From Eledone cirrhosa (taxonomy: Eukaryota), in assembly GCA_964016885.1 (NCBI GenBank), contig OZ024742.1, forward strand, positions 306,714,001-306,778,000: a stretch of 64,000 bases of DNA. The letters run 5' to 3'. Positions 54,901 through 64,000 of this stretch are shown here, in pieces; positions within the stretch are counted from its first letter, which is position 1, and each line of letters starts with the position of its first letter. The translations under genes were made by a program, and so were the position numbers. The notes under the pieces were generated by a model. That model made no database searches, was not told the origin of the DNA, and worked only from the letters and a program-made list of their open reading frames with translations.

Positions 54901-57900
54901 ATGCATACTTACATTTAAGTAAGTGCCATACTAAGAGTGAGAAATGAAATTTCGTTTTCATTTTGTTTCAATTTATCGTTTTCGGTATGCCTAACCGATT
55001 TAACTCACTCAATATGCAAATTAGGCTGCTCAGCCGTTAATTTTCATAAGGAAAGTATATACTTTCGAACGTTCAACTATCTGGCAGATGGGTAAACGGT
55101 GCTGATGATAGCTAACAAGCTTGAAACTAGTACATCGTTCCTGTGTCAGTGTTGAACAAAAAGGTGACGTGGTTGCCTTAACACCGTATGGCATAAATTC
55201 AGGCTGTTCAGTTTGTTTACAAACGAACAAAGCGACGTTAGCGCCGCTAAACTGATACGTGCATATATGTATGTGTACCTGTATGCATATGTATATATAT
55301 GTGTATATATATATATATATATATGTATATGTGCATGCTACTGTACGTCTGTATGCATATATGTATGTACGTATACATGCATACTTACATTTAAGTAAGT
55401 GCCATACTAAGAGTGAGAAATGAAATTTCGTTTTCATTTTGTTTCAATTTATCGTTTTCGGTATGCCTAACCGATTTAACTCACTCAATATGCAAATTAG
55501 GCTGCTCAGCCGTTAATTTTCATAAGGAAAGTATATACTTTCGAACGTTCAACTATCTGGCAGATGGGTAAACGGTGCTGATGATAGCTAACAAGCTTGA
55601 AACTAGTACATCGTTCCTGTGTCAGTGTTGAACAAAAAGGTGACGTGGTTGCCTTAACACCGTATGGCATAAATTCAGGCTGTTCAGTTTGTTTACAAAC
55701 GAACAAAGCGACGTTAGCGCCGCTAAACTGATACGTGCATATATGTATGTGTACCTGTATGCATATGTATATATATGTGTATATATATATATATATATAT
55801 GTATATGTGCATGCTACTGTACGTCTGTATACATATATGTATGTACGTATACATGCATACTTACATTTAAGTAAGTGCCATACTAAGAGTGAGAAATGAA
55901 ATTTCGTTTTCATTTTGTTTCAATTTATCGTTTTCGGTATGCCTAACCGATTTAACTCACTCAATATGCAAATTAGGCTGCTCAGCCGTTAATTTTCATA
56001 AGGAAAGTATATACTTTCGAACGTTCAACTATCTGGCAGATGGGTAAACGGTGCTGATGATAGCTAACAAGCTTGAAACTAGTACATCGTTCCTGTGTCA
56101 GTGTTGAACAAAAAGGTGACGTGGTTGCCTTAACACCGTATGGCATAAATTCGGGCTGTTCAGTTTGTTTACAAACGAACAAAGCGACGTTAGCGCCGCT
56201 AAACTGATACGTGCATATATGTATGTGTACCTGTATGCATATGTATATATATGTGTATATATATATATATATATATGTATATGTGCATGCTACTGTACGT
56301 CTGTATACATATATGTATGTACGTATACATGCATACTTACATTTAAGTAAGTGCCATACTAAGAGTGAGAAATGAAATTTCGTTTTCATTTTGTTTCAAT
56401 TTATCGTTTTCGGTATGCCTAACCGATTTAACTCACTCAATATGCAAATTAGGCTGCTCAGCCGTTAATTTTCATAAGGAAAGTATATACTTTCGAACGT
56501 TCAACTATCTGGCAGATGGGTAAACGGTGCTGATGATAGCTAACAAGCTTGAAACTAGTACATCGTTCCTGTGTCAGTGTTGAACAAAAAGGTGACGTGG
56601 TTGCCTTAACACCGTATGGCATAAATTCAGGCTGTTCAGTTTGTTTACAAACGAACAAAGCGACGTTAGCGCCGCTAAACTGATACGTGCATATATGTAT
56701 GTGTACCTGTATGCATATGTATATATATGTGTATATATATATATATATATATGTATATGTGCATGCTACTGTACGTCTGTATGCATATATGTATGTACGT
56801 ATACATGCATACTTACATTTAAGTAAGTGCCATACTAAGAGTGAGAAATGAAATTTCGTTTTCATTTTGTTTCAATTTATCGTTTTCGGTATGCCTAACC
56901 GATTTAACTCACTCAATATGCAAATTAGGCTGCTCAGCCGTTAATTTTCATAAGGGAAGTATATACTTTCGAACGTTCAACTATCTGGCAGATGGGTAAA
57001 CGGTGCTGATGATAGCTAACAAGCTTGAAACTAGTACATCGTTCCTGTGTCAGTGTTGAACAAAAAGGTGACGTGGTTGCCTTAACACCGTATGGCATAA
57101 ATTCAGGCTGTTCAGTTTGTTTACAAACGAACAAAGCGACGTTAGCGCCGCTAAACTGATACGTGCATATATGTATGTGTACCTGTATGCATATGTATAT
57201 ATATGTGTATATATATATATATATATATGTATATGTGCATGCTACTGTACGTCTGTATACATATATGTATGTACGTATACATGCATACTTACATTTAAGT
57301 AAGTGCCATACTAAGAGTGAGAAATGAAATTTCGTTTTCATTTTGTTTCAATTTATCGTTTTCGGTATGCCTAACCGATTTAACTCACTCAATATGCAAA
57401 TTAGGCTGCTCAGCCGTTAATTTTCATAAGGAAAGTATATACTTTCGAACGTTCAACTATCTGGCAGATGGGTAAACGGTGCTGATGATAGCTAACAAGC
57501 TTGAAACTAGTACATCGTTCCTGTGTCAGTGTTGAACAAAAAGGTGACGTGGTTGCCTTAACACCGTATGGCATAAATTCGGGCTGTTCAGTTTGTTTAC
57601 AAACGAACAAAGCGACGTTAGCGCCGCTAAACTGATACGTGCATATATGTATGTGTACCTGTATGCATATGTATATATATGTGTATATATATATATATAT
57701 ATATGTATATGTGCATGCTACTGTACGTCTGTATACATATATGTATGTACGTATACATGCATACTTACATTTAAGTAAGTGCCATACTAAGAGTGAGAAA
57801 TGAAATTTCGTTTTCATTTTGTTTCAATTTATCGTTTTCGGTATGCCTAACCGATTTAACTCACTCAATATGCAAATTAGGCTGCTCAGCCGTTAATTTT

Positions 57901-59254
57901 CATAAGGAAAGTATATACTTTCGAACGTTCAACTATCTGGCAGATGGGTAAACGGTGCTGATGATAGCTAACAAGCTTGAAACTAGTACATCGTTCCTGT
58001 GTCAGTGTTGAACAAAAAGGTGACGTGGTTGCCTTAACACCGTATGGCATAAATTCAGGCTGTTCAGTTTGTTTACAAACGAACAAAGCGACGTTAGCGC
58101 CGCTAAACTGATACGTGCATATATGTATGTGTACCTGTATGCATATGTATATATATGTGTATATATATATATATATATATGTATATGTGCATGCTACTGT
58201 ACGTCTGTATGCATATATGTATGTACGTATACATGCATACTTACATTTAAGTAAGTGCCATACTAAGAGTGAGAAATGAAATTTCGTTTTCATTTTGTTT
58301 CAATTTATCGTTTTCGGTATGCCTAACCGATTTAACTCACTCAATATGCAAATTAGGCTGCTCAGCCGTTAATTTTCATAAGGAAAGTATATACTTTCGA
58401 ACGTTCAACTATCTGGCAGATGGGTAAACGGTGCTGATGATAGCTAACAAGCTTGAAACTAGTACATCGTTCCTGTGTCAGTGTTGAACAAAAAGGTGAC
58501 GTGGTTGCCTTAACACCGTATGGCATAAATTCGGGCTGTTCAGTTTGTTTACAAACGAACAAAGCGACGTTAGCGCCGCTAAACTGATACGTGCATATAT
58601 GTATGTGTACCTGTATGCATATGTATATATATGTGTATATATATATATATATATATGTATATGTGCATGCTACTGTACGTCTGTATACATATATGTATGT
58701 ACGTATACATGCATACTTACATTTAAGTAAGTGCCATACTAAGAGTGAGAAATGAAATTTCGTTTTCATTTTGTTTCAATTTATCGTTTTCGGTATGCCT
58801 AACCGATTTAACTCACTCAATATGCAAATTAGGCTGCTCAGCCGTTAATTTTCATAAGGAAAGTATATACTTTCGAACGTTCAACTATCTGGCAGATGGG
58901 TAAACGGTGCTGATGATAGCTAACAAGCTTGAAACTAGTACATCGTTCCTGTGTCAGTGTTGAACAAAAAGGTGACGTGGTTGCCTTAACACCGTATGGC
59001 ATAAATTCAGGCTGTTCAGTTTGTTTACAAACGAACAAAGCGACGTTAGCGCCGCTAAACTGATACGTGCATATATGTATGTGTACCTGTATGCATATGT
59101 ATATATATGTGTATATATATATATATATATATGTATATGTGCATGCTACTGTACGTCTGTATGCATATATGTATGTACGTATACATGCATACTTACATTT
59201 AAGTAAGTGCCATACTAAGAGTGAGAAATGAAATTTCGTTTTCATTTTGTTTCA

Positions 59255-59332
<78 letters not shown>

Positions 59333-59566
59333 GTGTGTGTATGTATGTATGTATTTGTATGTGTATATATGTGTATATGTATATATATGTGTATATATGT
59401 GTGTGTATGTATATATGTGTGTGTATGTGTGTGTGTGTATGTATATATATATATATGCATGTGTGTGTGTGGGTATTTGTGTGTATGTGTTTGTGTGGTT
59501 CCCTCTCTGTGTGTGTATTTATTTATTTATTATTTATATATGTCTGTGTATATATGTGTATATATA

Positions 59567-59631
<65 letters not shown>

Positions 59632-59772
59632 ATACTTTGGGAGGGTCATGTTGCCAATAAGAAACACACGCACCAGTTGCTTTCACTTCAATTTATTATA
59701 AATTTATAATAAATTTATAAATTTATAAATTTCTGGTTGGTTGGTTCCACAACCAGATAGTTGTTTATATAT

Positions 59773-59817
59773 AGTCATAGTTCTTTCGTCACACACTCTG
59801 TGACCTCTTCAGTGACT
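59773..59817 (-). ncRNA. Family A hammerhead
   Basis: Same sequence as 2993-3037. Confidence 0.8.
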
Positions 59818-61076
59818 GGGGATTCCTTTCTTTGTTTCTGTGCCTCTCCTTTGTTCTGTCCTACGCCATTTTTTTTCTGTGTGTGTGTTGTGTGCTCAGT
59901 CTGCGCATGCGCCACATCCGGGTGTCTGTGTGGGTTTATGTTCACTTATTTATTTGTTTATTTACATGTTACAGGTTGGTTGTTTGTTCTATGTGTGTGT
60001 GTGTTTTCATTTTGTCCTTAATTGTAAGTTGTGATGTTGCTGTTCCACTCATATTTTCTATTTAATTTTGGTTGTAATTCTTTTATGTTTATTGCCTCTG
60101 TAATTTGTCTAAAGATTGCGTCTTTTCTCTGTGTAGATTCTATTTTTATTTCTATGTACTCTAATTTACCCTTGTGTTCTATTTTAGCATGTTGGTAGAG
60201 TACAGATGATTCTTTACTATCTTGAAGGTCTCGCCAGTGTTCATTTATCCGTTCCCCTACACTACGAGCTGTCTCACCTATGTACACTATATTTTTGTCT
60301 CTACATTGTCCTTCAGTACATCTTATGCTATACACTACATTTCTAGTTTTACAGTTAATATGGGGGCTTATTTTACAGGTTATACATGTCTTATCTATAC
60401 ATGAGGGTCTTTGGAAAGGGTATGTCTTGCTAATAAGTGTTTTTACGGAGGTACCTGGTCTTTCTACTATCTTAATATTGAGTTTATGTTTATTTAGGGC
60501 CCTTCTAAATTTGTAAGCTAATTCACCTCTAGGGGTTGTATCGATGAACATTACACTCTGGTATTTATTGCTATCATACCATGAGTTTATTCTATTAGCC
60601 TTGTTCCTATTTCTTTCTATTCTATTCGAAAATTGTCTCCTATACAAGGGGCAGGTCCCATTTATGTCATTATTTACGATTTTTTCCCATTTAGTTCTGG
60701 CTCCTCTATACACTCTGATCCTATCTCTCTGATTGTAGCCAGAGAACTGCATACGGTGGATGAAGTGTTGTATGTGTCTCTCTAGTTCTTCGAGGTTGCA
60801 CATGCGGGACATGTTTCTCATCACCCGTACCAAATCCGCAATCAGTATGTTGATTTTGGTATGGTCCGAAACGGCCGAGTTTCGGTGGATCAGATGTTTG
60901 GAAGTCATTGGTTTGGCATAATGGGAATGGAGGATTTGTTTTTTGTTATTAATAGTATCTAACCAGAGCTCTGTGTCTAGTACAGGTAATCGATGGTTGG
61001 GGTGTTTACTTGGGTAGTCTAAAGTAACTCTAATGCTCTGGTGGATGGAGTTAGCTATTTGCTGGATGCTTTCCAC

Positions 61077-63796
61077 ACACACACACATCCACACATCAAC
61101 AACAACAACACATCCACATTCAATGCCTCCCACCACCACCACAATCTTAACAAACACACAGCCACAGAGAACAAGTAATGACAGTAGCACAGAAATCACA
61201 GAAATAAGGGAAAGCAATAGGATTAAAAGGAGAAGGGAGACTAAGGACAAAGAAAATAACCAAGACGAACACACAGACACACAAAATAGGGTAGATAACA
61301 ACAATGAGCCAGTGGAAAGAGACAGGAGTAATTATGAGAGACATAGAAACAACCATGAGGCTGTTGGTGGAAATAGAAATAGAAACAACACAACTAACAA
61401 TAACAATAGCACTAGTACACATAAAGCAGCAGCCTGGAACTCTACGTTTTATAATCCCTCCGATAAATCGTTCGACCTGCGACGAGTCCACGCCACGACT
61501 CTAGCATTTATCAAACGCACGCAATTGCCGTCGCAAGTCGATGAACAAACAGAAGCACAATTTAGTATAGCTAGATCCGAACTTAGAAATATTATAGAAC
61601 AGTATAGCAAGAAGCATAATAGAATGGAGGCCCAGCAACTGGGAGAAACATCTGCAAATGGCTTGCGTAAGCTCATGCAGCGCTCGCGTAATGGAGAGAT
61701 AGCATGCTTTCCAACAGACAAGTCTGACAGAATGTCGGTTGACAGCCTGCCAAACTACATCCAGGCAATGCAACCCCACATCACTAACACAAGAGAGGTA
61801 ACACCACAGGAGCATGAGGATAGAGAAAAAGCCCTCAATGCCCATATGGTGATGTGGACGAATATAATGCAGCCCCACGAAAGGACTGCCAACAACTACC
61901 AGGTCTGGAACAATGACGTGCCGGCGTTGTATGGGCTTCGAAAAGACCATAAAACGGGCAGTGACCCTGTCGCGGGACCACCAACAAGGCCAGTCTGTGG
62001 AGCTAACATTGCTAGTAACTACAGACTGTCCTACTTCCTCTCCCTGATCATACGCCCCATCATTGAAATGTCCCCAGATGTATGTGACAGCACGGAGGAC
62101 TTCCTCAGCAGAATCGGCGTGTGTAACCGATCTAGGGACCTAACAAACTGCATAATAGGTAGTATGGATGTTGTGTCCCTGTATCCATCTATTGACGTGG
62201 ATTTTGCCGTGGATTTTAATGTTGAGTTCCGTGGGATTGATACCTGTGAGCTGGGACTCCTACTTAAACTTACCTATAGTAATAATTATCTAGACACATA
62301 TGACCTTAGCAACCTGTGCCCTACAAGACCAGCAAGAGGCAGACCACCTACCATTACCTCAATGGCCAAGAAAACCCACACAGATAGATAGAACGGGTGG
62401 ACCAGAGCCATACGGACACCCGAAAACCACGATGAACTGAAGAAAATGACTGCACAAGCGGTAGGGGCCAGCATAAAACTAACCCTTAAGGAACATATGT
62501 TCAAATTTAATGGAAAAACATATGCCCAAGAGGAAGGAGCAGCCATTGGTGTTAGCATTGCAGGCGACATAGCTAACTTATTCATGGTATGGTGGGATAG
62601 TAGACTTAAACTTAAACTTAAAGAACAATTAGAAGACCCCTTAACCCTGATAATGTACTCCCGCTACGTTGATGATATAAACATCGTGTTAAGACACCCC
62701 CACTACAGAACAGTCAGGAACTAGAGAAAAACACAATGGAAAGCATCCAGCAAATAGCTAACTCCATCCACCAGAGCATTAGAGTTACTATAGACTACCT
62801 AAGTAAACACCCCAACCATCGATTACCTGTACTAGACACAGAGCTCTGGTTAGATACCATTAATAACAAAAAACAAATCCTCCATTCCCATTATGCCAAA
62901 CCCATGACTTCCAAACATCTGATCCACCGAAACTCGGCCGTTTCGGACCATACCAAAATCAACATACTGATTGCGGATTTGGTAAGGGTGATGAGAAACG
63001 TGTCCCGCATGTGCAACCCCGAAGAACTAGTGAGACACATACAACACTTCATCCACCGTATGCAGTTCTCTGGCTACAATCAGAGAGATAGGATCAGAGT
63101 GTATAGAGGAGCCAGAACTAAATGGGAAAAAATCGTAAATAATGACATAAATGGGACCTGCACCTTGTATAGGAGACAATTTTTTGGAATAGAATAGAAA
63201 GAAATAGGAACAAGGCTAATAGAATAAACTCATGGTATGATAGCAATAAATACCAGAGTGTAATGTTCATCGATACAACCCCTAGAGGTGAATTAGCTTA
63301 CAAATTTAGAAGGGCCCTAAATAAACATAAACTCAATATTAAGATAGTAGAAAGACCAGGTACCTCCGTAAAAACACTTATTAGCAAGACATACCCTTTC
63401 CATAGACCCTCATGTATAGATAAGAAATGTATAACCTGTAAAATAAGCCCCCATATTAACTGTAAAACTAGAAATGTAGTGTATAGCATAAGATGTACTG
63501 AAGGACAATGTAGAGACAAAAATATAGTGTACATAGGTCAGACAGCTCGTATTGTAGGGGTACGGATAAATGAACACTGGCGAGACCTTCAAGATAGTAA
63601 AGAATCATCTGTACTCTACCAACATGCTAAAATAGAACACAAGGGTAAATTAGAGAAGATAGAAATAAAAATAGAATCTACACACAGAAAAGACGCAATG
63701 TTTAGACAAATTACAGAGGCAATAAACATAAAAGAATTACAACCAAAATTAAATAGAAAATATGAGTGGAACAGCAACATCACAACTTACAATTAA
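61077..63796 (+). pseudogene. Near-complete PLE polyprotein (RT plus GIY-YIG), broken by a TAG at 62389 and frameshifts near 62720 and 63185
   Basis: PTDKS, LYGLRKDHK, PTRPVCG, GSMDVVSLYPSID, QEEGAAIG, SRYVDDI, LPVLDTELW, HYAKPM, VVY..YIGQT..R..EH..RQITEAI.I..LNRKYEW. Confidence 0.93.
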
Positions 63797-64000
63797 GGAC
63801 AAAATGAAAACACACACACACACATAGAACAAACAACCAACCAGTAACATGTAAATAAACAAATAAATAAATGAACATAAACACACACAGACACCCGGAT
63901 GTGGCGCATGCGCAGACTGAGCACACAACACACACACAGAAACAAAATGGCGTAGGACAGAACAAAGGAGAGGCACAGAAACAAAGAAAGGAATCCCCAG

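Larger units (their letters stand above)
50340..59258 (+). repeat. Tandem array of ~18.7 units of 476-478 bp, each with a hammerhead ribozyme (retrozyme-like satellite)
   Basis: Period of 476 bp (478 where the internal TA tract is longer) is visible in the sequence and the ORF track. Eighteen complete CTGATGA cores run from 50814 to 58910, plus one truncated at the start. Flanked by (TA)n. Confidence 0.96.
59626..64000. mobile_element. PLE family A, long copy with a fold-back: minus arm 59626-61076, plus strand 61077 to the window end
   Basis: The minus arm is the reverse complement of 62737-64000 and beyond, and is highly similar to 2836-4982. The left end lies in (TA)n. Confidence 0.94.

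Noticed and set aside
50742-59245. Repeated 135-aa minus-strand ORF ([10 protein letters not shown]...) and 61-aa plus-strand ORF in every array unit
   Set aside because: They cross a TA microsatellite, are frameshifted in the 478-bp units and show no domain. The ribozyme on the + strand explains the unit better.
50340-59258. CRISPR array or tandem snRNA/5S/tRNA gene cluster
   Set aside because: There are no unique spacers and no cas genes, and I recognised no snRNA, 5S or tRNA sequence in the unit despite the octamer.
60018-61304. 428-aa ORF with a hydrophobic, signal-like N-terminus fused to a GIY-YIG domain
   Set aside because: The N-terminal ~75 aa is antisense read-through across the fold-back junction at ~61076. 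The same applies to the starts of ORFs 3631 and 61033.
61077-63796. Selenocysteine (UGA) recoding as reported for some Naiad PLEs
   Set aside because: The interruptions are TAG stops and frameshifts, not in-frame TGA.

Overview
AT-rich, microsatellite-laden, repeat-dominated animal DNA with no confidently identifiable host gene. The SINE types and repeat landscape suggest an octopus or other coleoid cephalopod (inference). It contains several decayed Penelope-like elements (PLEs; RT plus C-terminal GIY-YIG), most arranged as fold-back inverted duplications with both ends in (TA)n. It also has a near full-length, frameshifted Tx1/L1-clade LINE, an R4/Dong-like restriction-endonuclease LINE fragment, RTE-like relics and many tRNA-derived SINEs. 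The standout is an ~8.9 kb non-coding tandem array (50340-59258) of ~18.7 copies of a 476-478 bp unit. Each unit carries a type I hammerhead ribozyme (CUGAUGA...GAAA core, palindromic ACUAGU stem III, GUA cleavage site), an octamer motif and many hairpins, and the units are organised as a trimeric higher-order repeat. This fits a non-LTR retrozyme / ribozyme-satellite locus. About ten further intact or degenerate hammerhead motifs sit in PLE 3' tails. All RNA folds were read by eye.
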